DNA from: Balanoglossus misakiensis
Lineage: Eukaryota > Animalia > Hemichordata
Length of the DNA stretch: 64,000 nucleotides
Assembly (NCBI GenBank): GCA_040954595.2
Contig: CM082584.2
Coordinates: 668,281-732,280, forward strand
Direction: 5' to 3'
Under the pieces are notes generated by a model. The model had not been told where the DNA came from. It saw nothing but the letters and a program-made list of their open reading frames with translations, and ran no database searches. Positions 37,815 through 52,800 of this stretch are shown here, piece by piece; position 1 is the first letter of the stretch; the number at the start of each line of letters is the position of its first letter. Both the position numbers and the translations under genes were made by a program.

Positions 37815-40800
37815 AAATGGCTATTTTTTCTTGAATTCCGTCAATATCTCTGCATTTTTGGAGTGGTCGAAAGTTTTAACATACAATCAACATGTCATAT
37901 ATGATCAGGGCACCAAATTCGAAGAACGAAGGTTTTTTTATTTTATTTTTCTAAAAATGACATTTTCAAAGAAAATTTGGTAAAACGCAATTTTGTCTGC
38001 AGTGAGCCAAATTAGACGGTCTTTTGTGGAATTGGTATCGATATATATATACGAAGAGCATTCTATACTCCATCAGATTTCCGAAAATGTAGAAAACAGG
38101 TATTTTTTGTAATTTTCAAAAATTTACCATTTTGACCAAATTGTGGTTAAAATTGTTATTTTCGTGTTGAATGCCGCCAGTGTCACTGCTTTTAAAAGTC
38201 ATAAAAACTTTTAACATGCAAGCAATTGCTTATATATGATCAGGTCACCGAATTAAAAAAATAAAGAATGTTTTGCCTAAAAATGACCTTTTTGGTGCAA
38301 AAACGAATAAAGCGCAATTTTGTATTAAATCAGCTCATTCAGAGTGCATTTTTTATAATCAGCACCATTTTTACATATAATGGAAATTTCATACATCATC
38401 AGATATCCAAATATGAAAAAATGATTTAGATTTTAGATGATTGTCCAAAATTAGCTGATATCTAATAAATGTAGTATTGAACCGTTCTGTCCCCCCCCCC
38501 CCTACATTATATGCGGTACGCCGATGTCAGCTTACCCGGCAGTACTGCAGGCCGTGCCCCCAAATAACGTCGGTGTTTGAAACGCCCTGGTTAAATTCGG
38601 GCTTTCTCTATAAATTGACAGGCAATAATGCAGTCCTACCCGAACAAATGTCGAGTGTTGACCCGCTGTGACTTTCCCTCTTCGGTTTGCCCGACTTAGC
38701 CAACGTCTTTGTACTAATGTGTCGGGTCTTTTGCAGAGCCAGGCCGAAGGAAATCCGACTTGATCACCGTTGCTAACGAACGCTAGTGTCTGTCATGGTG
38801 TGCCGGGGTTTTAGTCGAGCCAGGCCGTTGGAGATCTGACTTGATCATCGTGGTCAATGTACGCGTGTTTCCGCTCTAAAGTGCCGGGGCTTCAGCTAAA
38901 CCATGCCGTAGGAAATCTGGCGTAATCACCGTTGATAACTCACGCCAGTCTGTGTCATATAGAGCCGGTGCACCAGCCGAGTCACGCCGTAGGAAATCTG
39001 ACTTGATCAACGTGGTCAATGTACGCCTGTTTCTGCTCTAAAGTGCCGGGGCTTCAGCTGAGCCAGGCCGTAGGAAACCCGACGTGATTACCGTTGTTAA
39101 CTTACGCCAGTCTGTGTCCTATATATAGTGCCGGGGCATCAGCCGTGCCAGGCCGAAGGAAATGTGAGTAGATCAACGTGGTCTCTGTACGCGTGTTTCT
39201 GCTCTAGAGTGTCAGGGCTTTAGCAAAGCCATGCCGTAGGAAATCTGACTTGATCAACATTGCTAACGAACGCTAGTGTCTGTCATAGTGTGCCGGGGTT
39301 TTAGTCGAGCCAAGCCGTAGGAGATCAGACTTGATCAACGTGGTCTCTGTACGCGTGTTTCTGCTCTAGAGTGCCGGGGCTTTATCCAACCCATGCCGTT
39401 GAAAATCTGACTTGATCACCGTTGCTAACGTACGCTAGTGTCTGTCATATTGTGACGAGATTTAGCCGAGCCAGGCCGTAGAAAAATCGACTTGTTCAAC
39501 GTTATCAGTGTGCAACTGTTTCTGCTCTAGAGTGTCAGGGTTTTAGCCGACTTATGCTGTAGGAAATCTGAGTTGATGAACGGGAATTCAATGTTAGAAA
39601 ACCCGTGTGGAAAGTATCTCTACCCGTTTGAAACTAAGAAAAGAATTTATTCTTATTTATTTTTTAAAAAAGACAATTTTTCGAAAACAAGTCGAAAATG
39701 GTAATTTTGTCTTGGGTGATTCAAATTATACCACATTTTCTGGAATTTGCAGCACTTTTTACAAGAGAACGACACTTCATGCTCTATAATATTTCCGAAA
39801 ATGAAGAAAAGAGTTTATTTTTTATGATTTTTTAAAAATGTACCATTTTGTCAAAATATGGCCAAAATGGCTATTTTTTCTTGAATTCCGTCAATATCTC
39901 TGCATTTTTGGAGTGGTGGAAAGTTTTAACATACAATCAACATGTCATATATGATCAGGGCACCAAATTCGAAGAACGAAGGTTTTTTTATTTTATTTTT
40001 CTAAAAATGACATTTTCAAGGAAAATTTGGTAAAACGCAATTTTGTCTGCAGTAAGCCAAATTAGACGGTCTTTTGTGGAATTTGTATCGATATATATAT
40101 ACGAAGAGCATTCTATACTCCATCAGATTTCCGAAAATGTAGAAAACAGGTATTTTTTGTAATTTTCAAAAATTTACCATTTTGACCAAATTGTGGTTAA
40201 AATTGTTATTTTCGTGTTGAATGCCGCCAGTGTCACTGCTTTTAAAAGTCATAAAAACTTTTAACATGCAAGCAATTGCTTATATATGATCAGGCCACCG
40301 AATTAAAAAAATAAAGAATGTTTTGCCTAAAAATGACCTTTTTGGTGCAAAAACGAATAAAACGCAATTTTTGTATTAAATCAGCTCATTCAGAGTGCAT
40401 TTTTTATAATCAGCACCATTTTTACATAAATTGGAAATTTTATACATCATCAGATATCCAAATATGAAAAAATGATTTAGATTTTAGATGATTGTCCAAA
40501 ATTAGCTGATACCTAATAAATGTAGTATTGAACCGTTCTGTCCCTCACCCCCCCCCCCCCCCCTACATTATATGCGGTACGCCGATGTCAGCTTACCCGG
40601 CAGTACTTCAGGCCGTGCCCCCAAATAACGTCGGTGTTTGAAACGCCCTGGTTAAATTCGGGCTTTCTCTATAAATTGACAGGCAATAATGCAGTCCTAC
40701 CCGAACAAATGTCGAGTGTTGACCCGCTGTGACTTTCCCTCTTCGGTTTGCCCGACTTAGCCAACGTCTCTGTACTAATGTGTCGGGTCTTTTGCAGAGC

Positions 40801-43800
40801 CAGGCCGAAGGAAATCCGACTTGATCACCGTTGCTAACGAACGCTAGTGTCTGTCATGGTGTGTCGGGGTTTTAGTCGAGCCAGGCCGTAGGAGATCTGA
40901 CTTGATCATCGTGGTCAATGTACGCGTGTTTCCGCTCTGAAGTGCCGGGGCTTCGGCTAAACCATGCCGTAGGAAATCCGGCGTAATCACCGTTGATAAC
41001 TTACGCCAGTCTGTGTCATATAGAGCCGGTGCACCAGCCGAGTCACGCCGTAGGAAATCTGACTTGATCAACGTGGTCACTGTACGCCTGTTTCTGCTCT
41101 AGAGTGCCGGGGCTTCATCTGAGCCAGACCGTAGGAAACCCGACGTGATTACCGTTGTTAACTTACGCCAGTCTGTGTCCTATATATAGTGCCGGGGCAT
41201 CAGCCGTGCCAGGCCGAAGGAAATGTGAGTAGATCAACGTGGTCTCTGTACGCGTGTTTCTGCTCTAGAGTGCCGGGGCTTTATCCAAGCCATGCCGTAG
41301 AAAATCTGACTTGATCACCGTTGCTAACGTACGATAGTGTCTGTCATATTGTGACGGAGATTAAGCCGAGCCAGGCCGTAGAAAAATCGACTTGTTCAAC
41401 GTTACCAGTGTGCAACTGTTTCTGCTCTAAAGTCTCAGGGTTTTAGCCGACTTATGCTGTAGGAAATCTGAGTTGATGAACGGAAATTCAATGTTAGAAA
41501 ACCCGTTTGGAAAGTATCTCTACCCGTTTGAAACTAAGAAAAGAATTTATTCTTATTTTTTTTCTAAAAATGACATTTTCAAGGAAAATTTGGTAAAACG
41601 CAATTTTGTCTGCAGTGAGCCAAATTAGATTGTCTTTTGTGGAATTTGTATCGATATATACATACGAAGAGCATTCTATACTCCATCAGATTTCCGAAAA
41701 TGTAGAAAACAGGTATTTTTTGTAATTTTCAAAAATTTACCATTTTGACCAAATTATGGCTAAAATTGTTATTTTCGTGTTGAATGCCGCCAGTGTCACT
41801 GCTTTTAAAAGTCATAAAAACTTTTAACATACAAGCAATTGTTTATATATGATCAGGTCACCGAATTAAAAAAAATAAAGAATGTTTGGCCTAAAAATGA
41901 CCTTTTTGGTGCAAAAACGAATAAAACGCAATTTTGTATTAAATAACCTCATTCAGAGTGCATTTTTTTATAATCAGCACCATTTTTACATATATTGGAA
42001 ATTTCATACATCATCAGATATCCAAATATGAAAAAATGATTTAGATTTTAGATGATTGTCCAAAATTAGCTGATATCTAATAAATGTAGTATTGAACCGT
42101 TCTGTCCCCCCCCCCCTTACATTATATGCGGTACGCCGATGTCAGCTTACCCGGCAGTACTGTAGGCCGTGCCCCCAACAAACGTCGGTGTTTGAAACGC
42201 CCTGGTTAAATTCGGGCTCTCTCTATAAATCGACAGGCAATAATGCAGTCCTACCGGAACAAATGTCGAGTGTTGACCCGCTGCGACTTTCCCTCTTCGG
42301 TTTGCCCAACTTAGCCAACGTCTTTGTACTAGAGTGTCGGGTCTTTTGCAGAGCCAGGCCGAAGGAAATCCGACTTGATCACCGTTGCTAACGAACGCTA
42401 GTGTCTGTCATGGTGTGCCGGGGTTTTAGTCGAGCCAGGCCGTAGGAGATCTGACTTGATCATCGTGGTCAATGTACGCGTGTTTCCGCTCTGAAGTGCC
42501 GGGGCTTCAGCTAAACCAGGCCGTAGGAAATCCGACGTAATCACCGTTGATAACTTACGCCAGTCTGTGTCATATAGAGCCGGTGCACCAGCCGAGTCAC
42601 GCCGTAGGAAATCTGACTTGATCAACGTGGTCAATGTACGCCTGTTTCTGCTCTAGAGTGCCGGGGCTTCAGCTGAGCCAGGCCGTAGGAAACCCGACGT
42701 GATTACCGTTGTTAACTTACGCCAGTTTGTGTCCTATATATAGTGCCGGGGCATCAGCCGTGCCAGGCCGAAGGAAATGTGAGTAGATCAACGTGGTCTC
42801 TGTACGCGTGTTTCTGCTCTAGAGTGCCAGGGCTTTAGCCAAGCCATGCCGTAGGAAATCTGACTTGATCAACGTTGCTAACGAACGCTAGTGTCTGTCA
42901 TAGTGTGCCGGGGTTTTAGTCGAGCCAAGCCGTAGGAGATCAGACTTGATCAACGTGGTCTCTGTACGCGTGTTTCTGCTCTAGAGTGCCGGGGCTTTAT
43001 CCAACCCATGCCGTAGAAAATCTGACTTGATCACCGTTGCTAACGTACGCTAGTGTCTGTCATATTGTGACGGAGATTTAGCCGAGCCAGGCCGTAGAAA
43101 AATCGACTTGTTCAACGTTACCAGTGTGCAACTGTTTCTGCTCTAGAGTGTCAGGGTTTTAGCCGACTTATGCTGTAGGAAATCTGAGTTGATGAACGGG
43201 AATTCAATGTTAGAAAACCCGTGTGGAAAGTATCTCTACCCGTTTGAAACTAAGAAAAGAATTTATTCTTATTTATTTTGTAAAAAATACAATTTTTCGA
43301 AAAAAAAGTCGAAAAATTGCAATTTTGTCTTGGGTGATTCAAATTATACCGCCTTTTCTGGAATTTGCAGCACTTTTTACAAGAGAACGACACTTCATGC
43401 TCCATAATATTTCCGAAAATGAAGAAAAGAGTTAATTTTTTATGATTTTTCAAAAATTTACCATTTTTGTCACAATATGGCCAAAATGGCTATTTTTCTT
43501 GAATTCCGTCAATATCTCAGCATTTTTGGAGTAGTCGGGAGTTTTAACATACAATCAACATGTCATATATGATCAGGGCACCAAATTCGAAGAACAAAGG
43601 TTTTTTTTTTTTTTTTCTAAAAATGACATTTTCAAGGAAAATTTGGTAAAACGCAATTTTGTCTGCAGTGAGCCAAATTAGACGGTCTTTTGTGGAAATT
43701 GTATCGATATATACATACGAAGAGCATTTTACACTCCATCAGATTTCCGAAAATGTAGAAAACAGGTACTTTTTGTAAATTTCAAAAATTTACCATTTTG

Positions 43801-46800
43801 ACTAAATTGTGGCTAAAATTGTTATTTTCGTGACGGTCTTTTGTGGAATTTGTATCGATATATACATACGAAGAGCATTTTACACTCCATCAGATTTCCG
43901 AAAATGTAGAAAACAGGTACTTTTTGTAAATTTCAAAAATTTACCATTTTGACTAAATTGTGGCTAAAATTGTTATTTTCGTGATGAATGCCGCCAGTGT
44001 CACTGCTTTTAAAAGTCATAAAAACTTTTAACATACAAGCAATTGTTTATATATGATCAGGTCACCGAATTAAAAAAATAAAGAATGTTTTGCCTAAAAA
44101 TGACCTTTTTGGTGCAAAAACGAATAAAACGCAATCTTGTATTAAATCAGTTCATTCAGAGTGCATGTTTTATAATAAGCACCAATTTTACATATAATGG
44201 AAATTTCATACATCATCAGATATCCAAATATGAAAAAATGATTTAGATTTTAGATGATTGTCCAAAATTAGCTGATATCTAATAAATGTAGTATTGAACC
44301 GTTCTGCCCCTCCCCCTTACATTATATGCGGTACGCCGATGTCAGCTTACCCGGCAGTACTGTAGGCCGTGCCCCCAACAAACGTCGGTGTTTGAAACGC
44401 CCTGGTTAAATTCGGGCTCTCTCTATAAATCGACAGGCAATAATGCAGTCCTACCGGAACAAATGTCAAGTGTTGAACCGCTGTGACTTTCCCTGTTCGT
44501 TTTGCCCGACTTAGCCAACGTCTTTGTACTAGAGTGTCGGGTCTTTTGCAGAGCCAGGCCGAAGGAAATCCGACTTGATCACCGTTGCTAACGAACGCTA
44601 GTGTCTGTCATGGTGTGCCGGTGTTTAGTCGAGCCAGGCCGTAGGAGATCTGACTTGATCATCGTGGTCAATGTACGCGTGTTTCCGCTCTAAAGTGCCG
44701 GGGCTTCAGCTAAACCAGGCCGTAGGAAATCCGACGTAATCACCGTTGATAACTTACGCCAGTCTGTGTCATATAGAGCCGGTGCACCAGCCGAGTCACG
44801 CCGTAGGAAATCTGACTTGATCAACGTGGTCACTGTACGCCTGTTTCTGCTCTAGAGTGCCAGGGCTTCATCTGAGCCAGGCCGTAGGAAACCCGACGTG
44901 ATTACCGTTGTTAACTTACGCCAGTCTGTGTCCTATATATAGTGCCGGGGCATCAGCCGTGCCAGGCCGAAGGAAATGTGAGTAGATCAACGTGGTCTCT
45001 GTACGCGTGTTTCTGCTCTATAGTGCCAGGGCTTTAGCCAAGCCATGCCGTAGGAAATCTGACTTGATCAACGTTGCTAACGAACGTTAGTGTCTGTCAT
45101 AGTGTGCCGGGGTTTTAGTCGAGCCAAGCCGTAGGAGATCAGACTTGATCAACGTGGTCTCTGTACGCGTGTTTCTGCTCTAGAGTGCCGGGGCTTTATC
45201 CGAGCTATGCCGTAGAAAATCTGACTTGATCACCGTTGCTAACTTACGCTAGTGTCTGTCATATTGTGACGGAGATTTAGCCGAGCCAGGCCGTAGAAAA
45301 ATCGACTTTTTCAACGTTACCAGTGTGCAACTGTTTCTGCTCTAGAGTGTCAGGGTTTTAGCCGACTTGTGCTGTAGGAAATCTGAGTTGATGAACGGGA
45401 ATTCAATGTTAGAAAACCCGTGTGTAAAGTATCTCTACCCGTTTGAAACTAAGAAAAGAATTTATTCTTATTTATTTTGTAAAACAAGACAATTTTTCGA
45501 AAAAAAGTCGAAAATGGTAATTTTCTCTTTGGTCATTCAAATTATACCGCCTTTTCTGGAATTTGCAGCACTTTTTACAAGAGAACGACACTTCATGCTC
45601 CATAATATTTCCGAAAATGAAGAAAAGAGTTAATTTTTTATGATTTTTTAAAAAATTACCATTTTTGTCAAAATATGGCCAAAATGGCAATTTTTTCTTG
45701 AATTCCGTCAATATCTCTGCATTTTTGGAGTGGTCGAAAGTTTTAACATACAATCAACATGTCATATATGATCAGGGCACCAAATTCGAAGAACAAAGTT
45801 TTTTTTAGTTTTTTTTCTAAAAATGACATTTTCAAGGAACATTTGGTAAAACGCAATTTTGTCTGCAGTGAGCCAAATTAGATTGTCTTTTGTGGAATTT
45901 GTATCGATATATACATACGAAGAGCATTCTATACTCCATCAGATTTCCGAAAATGTAGAAAACAGGTATTTTTTGTAATTTTCAAAAATTTACCATTTTG
46001 ACCAAATTATGGCTAAAATTGTTATTTTCGTGTTGAATGCCGCCAGTGTCACTGCTTTTAAAAGTCATAAAAACTTTTAACATACAAGCCATTCTTTATA
46101 TATGATCAGGTCACCGAATTAAAAAAATAAAGAATGTTTTGCCTAAAAATGACCTTTTAGGTGCAAAAACGAATAAAACGTAATTTTGTATTAAATCAGT
46201 TCATTCAGAGTGCATTTTTTATAATCAGCACCATTTTTACATATAATGGAAATTTCATACATCATCAGATATCCAAATATGAAAAAATGATTTAGATTTT
46301 AGATGATTGTCCAAAATTAGCTGATATCTAATAAATGTAGTATTGAACCGTTCTGTTTCCCCCGTGGTCTCTGTACGCGTGTTTCTGCTCTAGAGTGCCG
46401 GGGCTTTATCCAACCCATGCCGTAGAAAATCTGACTTGATCACCGTTGCTAACGTACGCTAGTGTCTGTCATATTGTGACGAGATTTAGCCGAGCCAGGC
46501 CGTAGAAAAATCGACTTGTTCAACGTTATCAGTGTGCAACTGTTTCTGCTCTAGAGTGTCAGGGTTTTAGCCGATTTATGCTGTAGGAAATCAGAGTTGA
46601 TGAACGGGAATTCAATGTTAGAAAACCCGTGTGGAAAGTATCTCTACTCGTTTGAAACTAAGAAAATAATTTATTCTTATTTATTTTGTAAAAAAGACAA
46701 TGTTTCGAAACAAAGGCGAAAATGGTAATTTTGTCTTGGGTGATACAAATTATACCACCTTTTCTGGAATTTGCAGCACTTTTTACAAGAGAACGACACT

Positions 46801-49800
46801 TCATGCTCCATAATATTTCCGAAAATGAAGAAAAGAGTTAATTTTTTATGATTTTTTAAAATTTTACCATTTTTGTCAAAATATGGCCAAAATGGCTATT
46901 TTTTCTTGAATTCCGTCAATATCTCTGCATTTTTGGAGTGGTCGAAACTTTTAACATACAATCAACATGTCATATATGATCGGGGCACCAAATTCGAAGA
47001 ACAAAGGTTTTTTTATTTTTTTTTCTAAAAATGACATTTTAAAGGAAAATTTGGTAAAACGCAATTTTGTCTGCAGTGAGCCAAATTAGACGGTCTTTTG
47101 TGGAATTTGTATCGATATATACATACGAAGAGCATTCTATACTCCATCAGATTTCCAAAAATGTAGAAAACAGGTATTTTTTGTAATTTTCAAAAATTTA
47201 CCATTTTGACCAAATTGTGGCTAAAATTGTTATTTTCGTGTTGAATGCCGCCAGTGTCACTGCTTTTAAAAGTCATAAAAACTTTTAACATACAAGCAAT
47301 TGTTTATATATGATCAGGTCACCGAATTAAAAAAATAAAGAATGTTTTGCCTAAAAATGACCTTTTTGGTGCAAAAACGAATAAAACGCAATTTTGTATT
47401 AAATCAGCTCATTCAGAGTGCATTTTTATAATCAGCACCATTTTTACATATAATGGAACTTTCATACATCATCAGATATCCAAATATGAAAAGATGATTT
47501 AGATTTTAGATGATTGTCCAAAATTAGCTGATATCTGATAAATGTAGTATTGAACCGTTCTGTTTCTCCCCCCCCCCTACATTATATGCGGTACGCCGAT
47601 GTCACCTTACCCGGCAGTACTGCAGGCCGTGCCCCCAACTAACGTCGGTGTTTGAAGCGCCCTGGTTAAATTCAGGCTTTCTCTATAAATTAACAGGCAA
47701 TAATGCAGTCCTACCCGAACAAATGTCGAGTGTTGACCCGCTGTGACTTTCCCTCTTCGGTTTGCCCGACTTAGCCAACGTCTCTGTACTAATGTGTCGG
47801 GTCTTTTGCAGAGCCAGGCCGAAGGAAATCCGACTTGATCACCGTTGCTAACGAACGCTAGTGTCTGTCATGGTGTGCCGGGGTTTTAGTCGAGCCAGGC
47901 CGTAGGAGATCTGACTTGATCATCGTGGTCAATGTACGCGTGTTTCCGCTCTGAAGTGCCGGGGCTTCAGCTAAACCATGCCGTAGGAAATCCGACGTAA
48001 TCACCGTTGATAACTTACGCCAGTCTGTGTCATATAGAGCCGGTGCACCAGCCGAGTCACGCCGTAGGAAATCTGACTTGATCAACGTGGTCACTGTACG
48101 CCTGTTTCTGCTCTAGAGTGCCGGGGCTTCATCTGAGCCAGGCCGTAGGAAACCCGACGTGATTACCGTTGTTAACTTACGCCAGTCTGTGTCCTATATA
48201 TAGTGCCGGGGCATCAGCCGTGCCAGGCCGAAGGAAATGTGAGTAGATCAACGTGGTCTCTGTACGCGTGTTTCTGCTCTAGAGTGCCGGGGCTTTATCC
48301 AAGCCATGCCGTAGAAAATCTGACTTGATCACCGTTGCTAACGTACGATAGTGTCTGTCATATTGTGACGGAGATTTAGCCGAGCCAGGCCGTAGAAAAA
48401 TCGACTTGTTCAACGTTACCAGTGTGCAACTGTTTCTGCTCTAAAGTCTCAGGGTTTTAGCCGACTTATGCTGTAGGAAATCTGAGTTGATGAATGGAAA
48501 TTCAATGTTAGAAAACCCGTGTGGAAAGTATCTCTACCCGTTTGAAACTAAGAAAAGAATTTATTCTTATTTTTTTTCTAAAAATGACATTTTCAAGGAA
48601 AATTTGGTAAAACGCAATTTTGTCTGCAGTGAGCCAAATTAGATTGTCTTTTGTGGAATTTGTATCGATATATACATACGAAGAGCATTCTATACTCCAT
48701 CAGATTTCCGAAAATGTAGAAAACAGGTATTTTTTGTAATTTTCAAAAATTTACCTTTTTGACCAAATTATGGCTAAAATTGTTATTTTCGTGTTGAATG
48801 CCGCCAGTGTCTCTGCTTTTAAAAGTCATAAAAACTTTTAACATACAAGCAATTGTTTATATATGATCAGGTCACCGAATTAAAAAAAATAAAGAATGTT
48901 TGGCCTAAAAATGACCTTTTTGGTGCAAAAACGAATAAAACGCAATTTTGTATTAAATAACCTCATTCAGAGTGCATTTTTTTATAATCAGCACCATTTT
49001 TACATATAATGGAAATTTCATACATCACCAGATATCCAAATATGAAAAAATGATTTAGATTTTAGATGATTGTCCAAAATTAGCTGATATCTAATAAATG
49101 TAGTATTGAACCGTTCTGTCCCCCCCCCCCTCCCCTACATTATATGCGGTACGCCGATGTCAGCTTACCCGGCAGTACTGCAGGCCGTGCCCCCACCTAA
49201 CGTCGGTGTTTGAAACGCCCTGGTTAAATTCGGGCTTTCTCTATAAATTGACAGGCAATAATGCAGTCCTACCCGAACAAATGTCGAGTGTTGACACGCT
49301 GTGACTTTCCCTCTTCGGTTTGCCCGACTTAGCCGACGTCTTTGTACTAGAGTGTCGGGTCTTTTGCAGAGCCAGGCCGAAGGAAATCCGACTTGATCAC
49401 CGTTGCTAACGAACGCTAGTGTCTGTCATGGTGTGCCGGGGTTTTAGTCGAGCCAGGCCGTAGGAGATCTGACTTGATCATCGTGGTCAATGTACGCGTG
49501 TTTCCGCTCTAAAGTGCCGGGGCTTCAGCTAAACCAGGCCGTAGGAAATCCGACGTAATCACCGTTGATAACTTACGCCAGTCTGTGTCATATAGAGCCG
49601 GTGCACCAGCCGAGTCACGCCGTAGGAAATCTGACTTGATCAACGTGGTCAATGTACGCCTGTTTCTGCTCTAGAGTGCCGGGGCTTCAGCTGAGCCAGG
49701 CCGTAGGAAACCCGACGTGATTACAGTTGTTAACTTACGCCAGTCTGTGTCCTATATATAGTGCCGGGGCATCAGCCGTTCCAGGCCGAAGGAAATGTGA

Positions 49801-52800
49801 GTAGATCAACGTGGTCTCTGTACGCGTGTTTCTGCTCTAGAGTGTCAGGGCTTTAGCAAAGCCATGCCGTAGGAAATCTGACTTGATCAACGTTGCTAGC
49901 GAACGCTAGTGTCTGTCATAGTGTGCCGGGGTTTTAGTCGAGCCAAGCCGTAGGAGATCAGACTTGATCAACGTTGCTAACGAACGCTCAATATTTTTAA
50001 GCGTAATTTGAAAACATACCTTTTTACTCGGTTTTATGTGTAACGTGTTCGATTGTGTCCTTTTAACTATTTTTACCAGCCTTGTATTTTTTAATCTACT
50101 GTTTTAGCTGTGCACAATGCGCTGAGACGTATGTGTAGCGCATTTTAAACAATTCTTAATAATAATAATAATAATAACGCTAGTGTCTGTCATAGTGTGC
50201 CGGGGTTTTAGTCGAGCCAAGCCGTAGGAGATCAGACTTGATCAACGTGGTCTCTGTACGCGTGTTTCTGCTCTAGAGTGCCGGGGCTTTATCCAAGCCA
50301 TGCCGTAGAAAATCTGACTTGATCACCGTTGCTAACGTACGCTAGTGTCTGTCATATTGTGACGGAGATTTAGCCGAGCCAGGCCGTAGAAAAATCGACT
50401 TGTTCAACGTTACCAGTGTGCAACTGTTTCTGCTCTAGAGTGTCAGGGTTTTAGCCGACTTATGCTGTAGGAAATCAGAGTTGATGAACGGGAATTCAAT
50501 GTTAGAAAACCCGTGTGGAAAGTATCTCTACCCGTTTGAAACTAAGAAAAGAATTTATTCTTATTTATTTTGTAAAAAAGACAATTTTTCGAAAAAAGTC
50601 GAAAAATTGCAATTTTGTCTTGGGTGATTCAAATTATACCGCCTTTTCTGGAATTTGCAGCACTTTTTACAAGAGAACGACACTTCATGCTCCATAATAT
50701 TTCCGAAAATGAAGAAAAGAGTTAATTTTTTATGATTTTTCAAAAATTTACCATTTTTGTCAAAATATGGCCAAAATGGCTATTTTTCTTGAATTCCGTC
50801 AATATCTCTGCATTTTTGGAGTGGTCGAGAGTTTTAACATACAATCAACATGTCATATATGATCAGGGCACCAAATTCGAAGAACAAAGGTTTTTTTATT
50901 TTTTTTTCTAAAAATGACATTTTCAAGGAAAATTTGGTAAAACGCAATTTTGTCTGCAGTGAGCCAAATTAGACGGTCTTTTGTGGAATTTGTATGGATA
51001 TATACATACGAAGAGCATTCTATACTCCATCAGATTTCCGAAAATGTAGAAAACAGGTATTTTTTGTAATTTTCAAAAATTTACCATTTTGACCAAATTG
51101 TGGCTAAAATTGTTATTTTCGTGATGAATGCCGCCAGTGTCACTGCTTTTAAAAGTCTAAAAACTTTAAACATACAAGCAATTGTTTATATATGATCAGG
51201 TCACCGAATTAAAAATATAAAGAATGTTTTGCCTAAAAATGACCTTTTTGGTGCAAAAACGAATAAAACGCAATCTTGTATTAAATCAGTTCATTCAGAG
51301 TGCATGTTTTATAATAAGCACCATTTTTACATATAATGGAAATTTCATACATCATCAGATATCCAAATATGAAAAAATGATTTAGATTTTAGATGATTGT
51401 CCAAAATTAGCTGATATCTAATAAATGTAGTATTGAACCGTTCTGTCCCCCCCCCCCCTTACATTATATGCGGTACGCCGATGTCAGCTTACCCGGCAGT
51501 ACTGTAGGCCGTGCCCCCAACAAACGTCGGTGTTTGAAACGCCCTGGTTAAATTCGGGCTCTCTCTATAAATCGACAGGCAATAATGCAGTCCTACCGGA
51601 ACAAATGTCGAGTGTTGACCCGCTGCGACTTTCCCTCTTCGGTTTGCCCAACTTAGCCAACGTCTTTGTACTAAAGTGTCGGGTCTGTTGCAGAGCCAGG
51701 CCGAAGGAAATCCGACTTGATCACCGTTGCTAACGAACGCTAGTGTCTGTCATGGTGTGCCGGGGTTTTAGTCGAGCCAGGCCGTAGGAGATCTGACTTG
51801 ATCATCGTGGTCAATGTACGCGTGTTTCCGCTCTAAAGTGCCGGGGCTTCAGCTAAACCTGGCCGTAGGAAATCCGACGTAATCACTGTTGATAACTTAC
51901 GCCAGTCTGTGTCATATAGAGCCGGTGCACCAGCCGAGTCACGCCGTAGGAAATCTGACTTGATCAACGTAGTCAATGTACGCCTGTTTCTGCTCTAGAG
52001 TGCCGGGGCTTCAGCTGAGCCAGGCCGTAGGAAACCCGACGTGATTACCGTTGTTAACTTACGCCAGTTTCTGTCCTATATATAGTGCCGGGGCATCAGC
52101 CGTGCCAGGCCGAAGGAAATGTGAGTAGATCAACGCGGTCTCTGTACGCGTGTTTCTGCTCTAGAGTGCCAGGGCTTTAGCGAAGCCATGCCGTAGGAAA
52201 TCTGACTTGATCAACGTTGCTAACGAACGCTAGTGTCTGTCATAGTGTGCCGGGGTTTTAGTGGAGCCAAGCCGTAGGAGATCAGACTTGATCAACGTGG
52301 TCTCTGTACGCGTGTTTCTGCTCCAGAGTGCCGGGGCTTTATCCAACCCATGCCGTAGAAAATCTGACTTGATCACCGTTGCTAACGTACGCTAGTGTCT
52401 GTCATATTGTGACGGAGATTTAGCCGAGCCAGGCAGTAGAAAAATCGACTTGTTCAACGTTACCAGTGTGCAACTGTTTCTGCTCTAGAGTGTCAGGGTT
52501 TTAGCCGACTTATGCTGTAGGAAATCTGAGTTGATGAACGGGAATTCAATGTTAGAAAACCCGTGTGGAAAGTATCTCTACCCGTTTGAAACTAAGAAAA
52601 GAATTTATTCTTATTTATTTTGTAAAAAAGACAATTTTTCGAAAAAAAGTCGAAAAATTGCAATTTTGTCTTGGGTGATTCAAATTATACCGCCTTTTCT
52701 GGAATTTGCAGCACTTTTTACAAGAGAACGACACTTCATGCTCCATAATATTTCCGAAAATGAAGAAAAGAGTTAATTTTTTATGATTTTTCAAAAAATT

